Assembly: GCA_964629655.1 (NCBI GenBank)
Contig: CAZVQU010000001.1
Coordinates: 484,056 to 548,055, forward strand
Length of the DNA stretch: 64,000 nt
Source: an uncultured Planctomycetia bacterium
GTDB lineage: Bacteria > Omnitrophota > Gorgyraeia > Duberdicusellales > 4484-171
Direction of reading: 5' to 3'
Shown here: positions 1 through 7,205 of the stretch, piece after piece
Layout: every line of letters begins with the position of its first letter
Position numbering within the stretch: position 1 is the stretch's first letter
Program-made: the position numbers and the translations under genes
The notes under the pieces: generated by a model
Database searches by the model: none
Seen by the model: the letters and a program-made list of their open reading frames with translations, nothing else
What the model was told of the DNA's origin: nothing

Positions 1-240
1 GTTCCGCTATGCACTGAAGAGTGCACTATCTCTAAGGATAAGAACTCCTCGTCAGGCAAATCTTCCTTTTTAACTATTCTTTTACCTAATAAATACTGAA
101 TCTTGCCTTTTAGGGTTTTACCAATCAATACCTTATTAAGCTTCTCGACTCCTTGCTTATGAGATGTTCGCTCAATTTCAAGCTTATGAACCTCGAAGGC
201 CTTATCATCAATCGGTAAACTTAAGTCTACTATCTTCATT
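1..240 (-). CDS. Putative cyclase family protein (PF04199-like, kynurenine formamidase-like); only the N-terminal ~80 aa are in the window
   Basis: Minus-strand ATG at 238-240. Translation MKIVDLSLPIDDKAFEVHKLEIERTSHKQG... resembles the N-terminal (I/V)DLSHPI... signature of cyclase/arylformamidase proteins. It lies directly downstream of the ACP gene in the same orientation. Confidence 0.4.
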
Positions 241-257
241 TTATTAACCTTTATGGA

Positions 258-491
258 TTACTGTTTCTTCTTTTCAATTACTCCAACAATTTCATTAAGG
301 GTAGAAAACTTAGTAATCTCATTAGTCTCAATTTTTATACCAAAGTGTTTATTAAAGGTAACTACTAACTCTACCATCTCTGTTGAATCAACACCTATAG
401 AGTCATACAATTTCTGGTCTTCTTTGATCTCGCTTTCTTCTATATCCAAAGTCTTGCTTATAATTCCAAGGACCTCTTCTTTTAAATCCAT
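258..491 (-). CDS. Acyl carrier protein (start at the internal MDLKEE ATG, ~77 aa)
   Basis: Small acidic 4-helix-type sequence. The LYDSIGVDSTEMVELV motif carries the phosphopantetheine Ser in the DS(L/T) position. It sits immediately after the KS/CLF pair. The upstream part of the tracked ORF overlaps the CLF stop, so the internal ATG is preferred. Confidence 0.8.
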   Translation of the reverse strand: MDLKEEVLGIISKTLDIEESEIKEDQKLYDSIGVDSTEMVELVVTFNKHFGIKIETNEITKFSTLNEIVGVIEKKKQ

Positions 492-501
492 AGATACCTC
501 C

Positions 502-1737
502 CTATTCTTTCTCAATAGCCAAAACAACATTTATCCCGCCCCGGCCTCTGGCAATAATCAGGGCTTTATTTATCTTTCTTTGTTTAAGTTTATTTGGTGT
601 GTAATCTAAATCGCAATAAGGATCGCTCATCACCTGGTTAATCGTCGGTATTGCTATTGAGTTTTTCATTGAAAGAAGAGTGACAATTAAATCTAAAGCA
701 CTCTGAGCACCTAATAAATTACCATAGATGCTCTTAGGAGCACTAAGGGTAATATTTTCTATTTCTTTGCCAAATACATTCTTTAAGGCCTTAGTCTCAA
801 GATAATCTCCAACTACAGTCGCCTCGCCATCTAGACAGATATAGTCTATATCTGTCTTATTCCAATCAGCATCCTTTAAGCATTCCTCGATTGCATATTC
901 TAAATCATCTGATTCCGGAGCATATCTTGAATAGTGATAGCCATCAGAGGAAAAGCCTATCCCCCTAATAAATCCGTAAATAGGAACTTCTCTCTTCTTG
1001 GCTTTAGATTCTTTCTCAAGAACCACCATTCCTGAACCCTCACCTAAGACAAAACCATCTCTATCTAAATCATAAGGTTTGTATGCTGTTTTAGGATTAA
1101 GATTGTTTTTTGATAAACTCCCGCAAGTATTTGCGCTCAGCAAAGCATAAGGAGTAATCGGGGCTTCCATCCCACCAGCTAATACAAAATCATTTTTATC
1201 CTGAGCTATTACTTTAGCGCCATACCATAAGCTCAAAGCTGATGAAGCCTTATCGGCAACTATGGTCTTGCTATACCCCTTAAAGCCATAGTATATAGTA
1301 ACCTGACCTTGGGGCGCTGCCGGAAACCAAGCTGAAGCCATATAAGGAGAGATGCCTTCTCTTCCTTCTATATACATATCTCTTAGTTCAGTCTCGGCAA
1401 AGAGCCAGCCACCAATAGCATTACCCATAAACACACCAACTCTATCCTTATCAATTTTCTCTAAATCCATTCCCGAATCCTTTATAGCTTGTTCGCAAGC
1501 AACTAGGGCCATATGAGAAAAAACATCTATCTTCTTAACTAATCTTCCTGAAACATGCGAGTAGTGATCAAGCTCATGGACTTGGCCGGCAATCCGAGAA
1601 GGATAAAGACTAGTGTCAAACCTCTCAATTTCGTCGACAAAAGATTCGCATTTTTTGAGGTTAGCCCAAAAAGTTTCTTTTTTCAATCCACAAGGTGAAA
1701 CTACACCTAGACCGGTTATTGCAACTCTATCACTCAT
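502..1737 (-). CDS. Ketosynthase-like chain-length-factor (KS-beta/CLF-type) protein lacking the catalytic triad
   Basis: Thiolase-fold KS homolog with an N-terminal VAITGLGVVSP. The region that aligns with the KS active-site Cys (TIVADKASSALSLWYGA) has no Cys. Both His motifs are absent (ICLDGEATVVGD and IYGNLLGAQSALD). The stop is 3 nt before the KS start. Confidence 0.75.
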   Translation of the reverse strand: MSDRVAITGLGVVSPCGLKKETFWANLKKCESFVDEIERFDTSLYPSRIAGQVHELDHYSHVSGRLVKKIDVFSHMALVACEQAIKDSGMDLEKIDKDRVGVFMGNAIGGWLFAETELRDMYIEGREGISPYMASAWFPAAPQGQVTIYYGFKGYSKTIVADKASSALSLWYGAKVIAQDKNDFVLAGGMEAPITPYALLSANTCGSLSKNNLNPKTAYKPYDLDRDGFVLGEGSGMVVLEKESKAKKREVPIYGFIRGIGFSSDGYHYSRYAPESDDLEYAIEECLKDADWNKTDIDYICLDGEATVVGDYLETKALKNVFGKEIENITLSAPKSIYGNLLGAQSALDLIVTLLSMKNSIAIPTINQVMSDPYCDLDYTPNKLKQRKINKALIIARGRGGINVVLAIEKE

Positions 1738-1740
1738 TGG

Positions 1741-3012
1741 CTACCTCCACCTCTTAAATACAATAGAAGAATGAATTCCAGAAAACCCACTGCTAGTTTT
1801 AAGTATATATTCCGGTGAAATCTGTCTTTTCTTATTAGGAATATAATCTAGGTCGCACTTAGGATCAGGTTCTTCCTGATTAATGGTTGGCGGAAGATAC
1901 CCTTTCTTAAAAATCATACAACATAATACGCTCTCTACAGCATTAGCAGCTGCTAGGGGATGACCAATCATTGACTTAATCGAACTTATCGGCACCTTAT
2001 AAGCAAAATCTCCTAAAACTTTTTTGTAAGCGTTAGTTTCAAAGGCATCATTCTGCCGGGTAGATGATCCGTGAGCATTTATGTAACCGATATCCTCATT
2101 CTTTATCCCTGAATTCTCTATTGCTTGGCGCATAGAACGAGCCATAGGTTCGCCGTCTTCGGGCAAATCAGTCATATGATAGGCATTGCAACTTGTCCCA
2201 TAGCCGAGGATTTCAGCATAAATATCGGCCCCTCTGGCCTTAGCATGTTCTAATTCCTCTAAAATCAAAATTCCGGCTGCCTCACTAATAACAAAACCAT
2301 TTCGCTTATTATCAAAAGGACGGCTAGCCTTATGAGGTTCATCGTTATTCTTAGCCAAAACGCTTACTACATCAAAAGCTCCAAAGGTAATCGGTGTAAT
2401 TGGTGCTTCAGTTGCTCCAGCAATAACTAGATCTTGTCTTCCCTCTTGAATAAGCTCATAGGCAAAGCCTAAAGAATCGGTTCCGGCAGTACAACCAGTT
2501 GAGACTGTACAATTCATCCCCTTTGCCCCATAAACAGCACCTATCTCAGCGCTGGGAGTATTAAACATAGCCGCATCATAAAGATAGGGACGGCCCTTTC
2601 GGGGATCAATCGGGTTTTTGCCCCAGTCAGTAACTAATAAAAACTCCTCTTCCATAAAACGGGTTCCGCAAATAGCATTTGCTAGGATCACACCGCATCT
2701 GCGCCTGTCTAGTTTATCAAAATCTAGATTGGCGTCTTCTACTGCTCCCTTAGCAGCAGCAATCCCAAATTGAACATACCTATCCATACGTTTATGGTCA
2801 GTTATGCCAAATTTTAAAGGATCGAAATTCAAATCTTGGGAAGCAATCTTTGAAATGAATAAACTTACATCAAAGTTCTCAACCCTTTCAATGCAAGGTT
2901 TACCGTCAACTAGATTGTTATAGAATTCATTCTTTTCTTCTCCGGCCGCAGAGATAACTCCGATTCCAGTAATCACTACTCTCTTCACTTCTCTTTCCTC
3001 CTTAAAATGCAA
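1741..3012 (-). CDS. Beta-ketoacyl-ACP synthase (KAS I/II / KS-alpha-like), catalytically complete
   Basis: Active-site Cys in VSTGCTAGTDSLG, His in NAHGSSTRQND, and the second His in MIGHPLAAANAVES. Start region VVITGIGVISAAG. 423 aa. Confidence 0.85.
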   Translation of the reverse strand: MHFKEEREVKRVVITGIGVISAAGEEKNEFYNNLVDGKPCIERVENFDVSLFISKIASQDLNFDPLKFGITDHKRMDRYVQFGIAAAKGAVEDANLDFDKLDRRRCGVILANAICGTRFMEEEFLLVTDWGKNPIDPRKGRPYLYDAAMFNTPSAEIGAVYGAKGMNCTVSTGCTAGTDSLGFAYELIQEGRQDLVIAGATEAPITPITFGAFDVVSVLAKNNDEPHKASRPFDNKRNGFVISEAAGILILEELEHAKARGADIYAEILGYGTSCNAYHMTDLPEDGEPMARSMRQAIENSGIKNEDIGYINAHGSSTRQNDAFETNAYKKVLGDFAYKVPISSIKSMIGHPLAAANAVESVLCCMIFKKGYLPPTINQEEPDPKCDLDYIPNKKRQISPEYILKTSSGFSGIHSSIVFKRWR

Positions 3013-3021
3013 AAGCTAATC

Positions 3022-3600
3022 TCACTTTCTCGAAACTTTAAAAATAATATTCCCGCCATCGGGACAGGTAACTGTATCGATAGAATTCTGATCGTTCATG
3101 AAGTGAAATTTTGCACCAAAATTTAGGGCAAACAGGGCCGGGAAAGCTGTATGCCAGGCTGCTCCGCAAAACCCAGGAATACACTTTAGGCCTTCGGTTT
3201 CCCACTTATCACCTACTTTATAGTTGTAAAAACACTTACCCTTCGCCTTAACAACTTCAATAACCATTTTTTTCGGATTCGGGCCTTTAAAATCAGGGTC
3301 TTTGCCAACTAGCTCAACCTTACCCTCTTTATTAAAGATCTCAACCTTAAACTCTAACTTCCCCCCGTCAGGACAAGTTACTAACAAAGACCTTTGATTA
3401 TCCATAAAAGGAAATTTTGCTCCAAAACTTAAAGCATAAATTACCGGAAATAATGCATGGGCCAAACCTAAACAAAAGTGTTTAGGTGGATGAGTAAAAT
3501 CCTCTAGAATAAGTTCGTCGCCAGCCTTATAGCCATGATAACAATCTCCATAAACATTAAGCACTGTTAATTTTAATTTTGGGAAAGGTGTTTTAACCAT
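3022..3600 (-). CDS. Tandem duplication of a ~90-aa Cys-containing domain resembling the uncharacterised TIGR04076 family
   Basis: Two internal repeats share GDC(Y/F)..YK.GD, a (H/K).(F)C(L/G)..A....FP block, and TCPDGG.(I/L).FKV. Three Cys per repeat. No other family signature. Confidence 0.45.
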   Translation of the reverse strand: MVKTPFPKLKLTVLNVYGDCYHGYKAGDELILEDFTHPPKHFCLGLAHALFPVIYALSFGAKFPFMDNQRSLLVTCPDGGKLEFKVEIFNKEGKVELVGKDPDFKGPNPKKMVIEVVKAKGKCFYNYKVGDKWETEGLKCIPGFCGAAWHTAFPALFALNFGAKFHFMNDQNSIDTVTCPDGGNIIFKVSRK

Positions 3601-3601
3601 A

Positions 3602-4597
3602 TTACATCTCCATTTCTTTTAATAATTCTCCCCTTTCAAGAAATTTCTTGGACTCCTCTACCCTGTGAACTAGGTCAACTATTTTACTGTTTAGTGGAGA
3701 TTGAAGATTGTTCTCAGAAGCTATTCTCACAATTTCCCCGTTAATATAATCAATCTCCGAGGGCCTACCGCTCTTTATGCTCTGTAATATTGAACCAAAA
3801 AGAGGCTCTTTGCTCAAAGAGGTCATTACTTTTGAAAAAATACCAGAAGCTTCTTCTATGCCCATTGAAACTAGCCCTTCTAATCTGGCTTTGGGGTAAG
3901 TAGGCAAATCGGCTAACTCTATGCCACTACCTTTAGCAACATCAAGGGCTTCTTTGTTTAGCTTTATTGCTAGCTTTGCAAAATTTACATCAGAAAAGGT
4001 CTCTTGCATAGATAAACCTAAAATTGCCGGAATACAATTATTGAGATTGATAAACAGTTTAAGGTATTTAGCCCCTTTTATTTTATCTAGAACTGCTACA
4101 TCAAAAGCAGATTTCAAAAGGCCTTCTACCTCTCTTATATTGACTACTTCTTTATCAAAAATATTGCCTAATATTAAGCTACCTTTAAAATTATGAACGA
4201 TTTTATTCGGTCGATAAAAGGTTGCCCCAAACATCACAATGCCGGTTACAATCTGCCCTTTAGAGAAATACTCACTCAATATATAATCAGCTCTTACTCC
4301 ATTCTGAGTACTAAGAATAGTCGCATCTTTTAAATATTCTAAATTTTCATTTACTAAAACCTCTAGATCGTTTAACTTGCTGGCGAAAATGGCCAAGTCC
4401 ACTCTCTGTTTAAGCTTATTATCAACTCTTACCTTATAGGTATCTTTACCGCTTGGGCCTTCAATCAGCAAGCCATCCTTAAGCAAAGACTCCTTCTGGT
4501 AATCCTTAGCTATACCGAGAACATCAACACTCTTCCCAGAGAGATACCCTAAAAATAATCCGCCAATTGCCCCACAACCTAAGACTGCTACTTTCAT
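3602..4597 (-). CDS. 2-dehydropantoate 2-reductase (ketopantoate reductase, PanE/ApbA) family NAD(P)H-dependent oxidoreductase
   Basis: Rossmann MKVAVLGCGAIGG at the preferred internal start. C-terminal KPR signature GSILQSIKSGRPSEIDYINGEIV. Conserved Lys in GAKYLKLFINL. The tracked ORF extends to 4636, but the ATG at 4595-4597 gives the canonical N-terminus. Confidence 0.8.
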   Translation of the reverse strand: MKVAVLGCGAIGGLFLGYLSGKSVDVLGIAKDYQKESLLKDGLLIEGPSGKDTYKVRVDNKLKQRVDLAIFASKLNDLEVLVNENLEYLKDATILSTQNGVRADYILSEYFSKGQIVTGIVMFGATFYRPNKIVHNFKGSLILGNIFDKEVVNIREVEGLLKSAFDVAVLDKIKGAKYLKLFINLNNCIPAILGLSMQETFSDVNFAKLAIKLNKEALDVAKGSGIELADLPTYPKARLEGLVSMGIEEASGIFSKVMTSLSKEPLFGSILQSIKSGRPSEIDYINGEIVRIASENNLQSPLNSKIVDLVHRVEESKKFLERGELLKEMEM

Positions 4598-4601
4598 TTT
4601 T

Positions 4602-4868
4602 CTACTTCTCTTGGCTAATGTATTGTGAATAATCAATATTTAATTGATTAAGCAGCCTCTGGAGCATATCTTTAAAGGCTGGGGGAACCTCCTGAAAAAA
4701 GGCAACAATTAAATCTTTATCCTCAACCTGTTTAGAATCTCTTGCCTTAGCTAACTCCTCAGACTTCTGCTTAATAAGTTGCTCAGCAATTGTTCTATGG
4801 AATTGCGGTAGATTCTCAACTACTCTATTGAACTTGCTCTTTGTCTCTTGGTTCCAGATAATTTCCAT
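4602..4868 (-). CDS. Small protein with a PCP_red-like domain (protochlorophyllide reductase BchB C-terminal domain family, PF08369-like)
   Basis: Pattern IIW.QE...KFNRVVENLPQFHRTIAEQLIKQKSEELAKAR matches the W..E...(V)..P.F.R...E..A...G layout of PCP_red domains. A strong SD (GAAGGAG) lies 11 nt upstream of the ATG. Confidence 0.4.
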   Translation of the reverse strand: MEIIWNQETKSKFNRVVENLPQFHRTIAEQLIKQKSEELAKARDSKQVEDKDLIVAFFQEVPPAFKDMLQRLLNQLNIDYSQYISQEK

Positions 4869-4886
4869 AATATCTTCCTCTCCTTC

Positions 4887-5621
4887 TTATAATTTATCAA
4901 TAACTGAGAATGCTAAATCAGCCATTTTCATCTCAGCCTCAAAGAATCTATAGTCAGCAAATCCTAATGTCCCGGTAATAAGATTATCGGACACTGCTAA
5001 GACGGCTGCGACTTTTCTTTTGTAGATATTAGCTAGGGTCACGAACGGTGAAGTTACCATATCAACGGCAACCGCACCCTTCTCAATATAAGGATTAACT
5101 ATTTCTTTAGTCTCTCTAAATAAAGCATCAGTTGTCCATACTCCTCCTTGATGCAAGATACCAGCGTTTTTAAAAACATCTTCTATCTTCGATGTCAATT
5201 CGCTGTCTACCTTAGATAGATAATTATCATCTACATAATACTTAGTTGCGCCGTCTCCTCGAATAATATCAGTAGCCAAGATGTAATCTCCAACATTTAT
5301 ATCTTCCCTTAAGGCTCCGCAAGAACCAAGCCTGATTAAAGTGTTGATCCCACCAACACATAAAAACTCAGTAACAAAGGCTGAATCAGGAGCATAAAAT
5401 CCGCCGTTGCCAACAGTCACTTTTTTGCCTTTATAAAACCCTGTCCAGAAAGTATAGCCCAGAAAGGTGAAGTTCTTTACGCAATTCTCTAATTTCTCTA
5501 AGCACATCTTTGCTCTATGCTGCTGGCCGCTAATTAAAGCGATTTCGCCAAAATCGCCATCTTTAAATTGTAAAGAGCCAAGAAGTTCTTTGGGGCTAAG
5601 ATGAATATCTCTTTGCATCAT
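4887..5621 (-). CDS. Purine nucleoside phosphorylase / nucleosidase (PNP_UDP_1 family, DeoD-like)
   Basis: GDFGEIALISGQQHRAK and IRLGSCGAL match the DeoD GDFADVVLMPGDPLRAK and IRVGSCGAV. VAVDMV and VSDNL correspond to the EME and SDH(I) catalytic region. 244 aa. It overlaps the ligase gene by 4 nt. Confidence 0.75.
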   Translation of the reverse strand: MMQRDIHLSPKELLGSLQFKDGDFGEIALISGQQHRAKMCLEKLENCVKNFTFLGYTFWTGFYKGKKVTVGNGGFYAPDSAFVTEFLCVGGINTLIRLGSCGALREDINVGDYILATDIIRGDGATKYYVDDNYLSKVDSELTSKIEDVFKNAGILHQGGVWTTDALFRETKEIVNPYIEKGAVAVDMVTSPFVTLANIYKRKVAAVLAVSDNLITGTLGFADYRFFEAEMKMADLAFSVIDKL

Positions 5622-7126
5622 GATTGATCTCCTGTTTTAAGTTTTCCTTTATCAACCTTCCCGGTTCTATTCTTAGGTAAGTCTTTTACAAATTCAAAGT
5701 GATGTGGAATCTTAAAATGAGCTAAGTGCTCTTTTAGAAAGTCTTTTAACTCCTGCTCACTTAAAGCCTCATCCTCTTTAGAAACTATAAATGCTTTAGG
5801 GACTTCTCCGCGTAAATTATCAGCTACGCCGATAACAGCAACTTCTTTTACCTTAGAATATCTATTTATCTTCTCTTCGACCTCAGCCGAGAAAACTACT
5901 TCACCAGCCACCTTAATCATGTCTCTTTTTCTTCCAACTATATAATGCAAGCCGTCGGAGTCAACTCTGACAATATCCCCGGTCTTAAACCACTTACTTT
6001 CAGTTAGCACCTCTTTAGTCAGACCGGGTTCTTTATAATATTCTCTCATAACCGCTTCGCCCCTGACCCAAAGTTCTCCGTGGAAGCCATTTTCTAACCT
6101 TTTACCAGCTCCATCAACAATTTTTGCCTCGAGATTAAAGTCAAAATAACCAATACTTGATATTTTACTCTCATCGCAAGGAGAAAAAGCATTAGGCGCA
6201 GAGGTTTCGGTCATGCCCCAGCCATTTAAAACTACAGCCTGAGGGCATAATTTGTGGAATCTTTTTAAGAGTATTGGCGATGAAGGTGCGCCAAAAACAA
6301 CTGCATATCTTAACGAAGAAAGGTCAAATTTGTCGTACCCTTTTAAGGAAAGAATAGCCACATACATTGCCGGAACAATGCAGAATATAGTAACTTTATG
6401 TTGTTCTATGTTCCTTAGAAACTCAGAGGGATTAAACCTGCTCATAAGAACAAGTGACGATGAAAAAGTAATCATAAGAAGTATATAGTCTAGCCCGCCA
6501 ACATGCGAGAAAGGAACTCCGCCGCACAAGAAGATATCACCTTCAGATACTCCCAGAAAATGATTAATTGTCTTAGAAGGATTATCAAGGTGTCTATACT
6601 CTAGGCTTACTCCTTTAGGATGACCGGTAGAACCAGAGGTATAAAATACAGCTGCCAAGCTATCTTCCTTATGCTCAAGCGAAGGTTGATCATAACTGCT
6701 CTCTCTTGAAATCACATCCCAAGAAGAAAATTCTCCTTCCCTCTCGGCAAATACAATTATCTCCTTTAAACTTGCACACTCACTCTTAATATTAGCCAAA
6801 TCTATTTTAGAATTGGCAATTAAAACTTTTGCCTGACTATGATTTATAAAATTAATTATCTCATTCTCAGTTAACATAAAATCCAAAGGTACTACTGCTG
6901 CCTCCATACTAAATACACCTAAAAAAGTAAAGATAGCTTCGGGAGTATTGGGTGAGAATATAGCAACTTTATCGCTGCTGTTTACGCCTATCTTAAGAAG
7001 ATAGTTGGCGAGCTTAAATGAAGAGTCCCTAACTTCAGAGAAAGTAATTGCTTTACCCTGAAATAAAATGGCTGATTTTTGAGGATATTTTTCAGCCTGT
7101 TTGGTGAGTAATTCTCTTATATTCAT
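5618..7126 (-). CDS. AMP-dependent synthetase/ligase (fatty-acid or aryl-acid CoA/ACP ligase family)
   Basis: AMP-binding core YTSGSTGHPKGV, GWGMTE, and a C-terminal PKNRTGKVDK-type Lys. First gene of the operon, directly downstream of the promoter. Confidence 0.85.
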   Translation of the reverse strand: MNIRELLTKQAEKYPQKSAILFQGKAITFSEVRDSSFKLANYLLKIGVNSSDKVAIFSPNTPEAIFTFLGVFSMEAAVVPLDFMLTENEIINFINHSQAKVLIANSKIDLANIKSECASLKEIIVFAEREGEFSSWDVISRESSYDQPSLEHKEDSLAAVFYTSGSTGHPKGVSLEYRHLDNPSKTINHFLGVSEGDIFLCGGVPFSHVGGLDYILLMITFSSSLVLMSRFNPSEFLRNIEQHKVTIFCIVPAMYVAILSLKGYDKFDLSSLRYAVVFGAPSSPILLKRFHKLCPQAVVLNGWGMTETSAPNAFSPCDESKISSIGYFDFNLEAKIVDGAGKRLENGFHGELWVRGEAVMREYYKEPGLTKEVLTESKWFKTGDIVRVDSDGLHYIVGRKRDMIKVAGEVVFSAEVEEKINRYSKVKEVAVIGVADNLRGEVPKAFIVSKEDEALSEQELKDFLKEHLAHFKIPHHFEFVKDLPKNRTGKVDKGKLKTGDQS

Positions 7127-7150
7127 CTTTTAAGTAGTCGCGGAATTCAA

Positions 7151-7168
7151 ATAGTAAAATTTTACTAT
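7151..7168. promoter_or_regulatory. Perfect 18-bp palindrome ATAGTAAAATTTTACTAT overlapping the -10 element (candidate operator)
   Basis: The sequence is its own reverse complement. It overlaps the -10 hexamer of the operon promoter. Confidence 0.4.
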
Positions 7169-7186
7169 TTGTAGCAAAATAGTCAA
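7159..7186 (-). promoter_or_regulatory. Sigma70-type promoter of the KS/CLF operon (-35 TTGACT, 16-nt spacer, -10 TAAAAT on the minus strand)
   Basis: Read on the minus strand: TTGACTattttgctacaaatagTAAAAT, ~35 nt upstream of the ligase ATG. Consensus-like hexamers with 16-nt spacing. Confidence 0.45.
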
Positions 7187-7205
7187 GGTTTTTGTATATA
7201 AATTG

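Noticed and set aside
253-609. Plus-strand ORF of 118 aa, and similar antisense ORFs (3921..4196, 6252..6488, 11002..11298, 13521..13766, 24490..24765, 25540..25851, 41120..41563, 52143..52673, 52872..53237 and others)
   Set aside because: They lie entirely antisense to well-supported minus-strand genes. Their products are low-complexity and Ser/Leu/Phe-rich, which is typical of reverse frames in AT-rich coding DNA. No RBS or domain signatures.
4887-5621. Possibility that the PNP-family protein is catalytically dead, given that its glycine-loop differs from DeoD (GQQHRAK vs GDPLRAK)
   Set aside because: The phosphate-binding Arg, the SCGA serine loop and the catalytic Asp (VSDN) are all retained. 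No basis to call it inactive.
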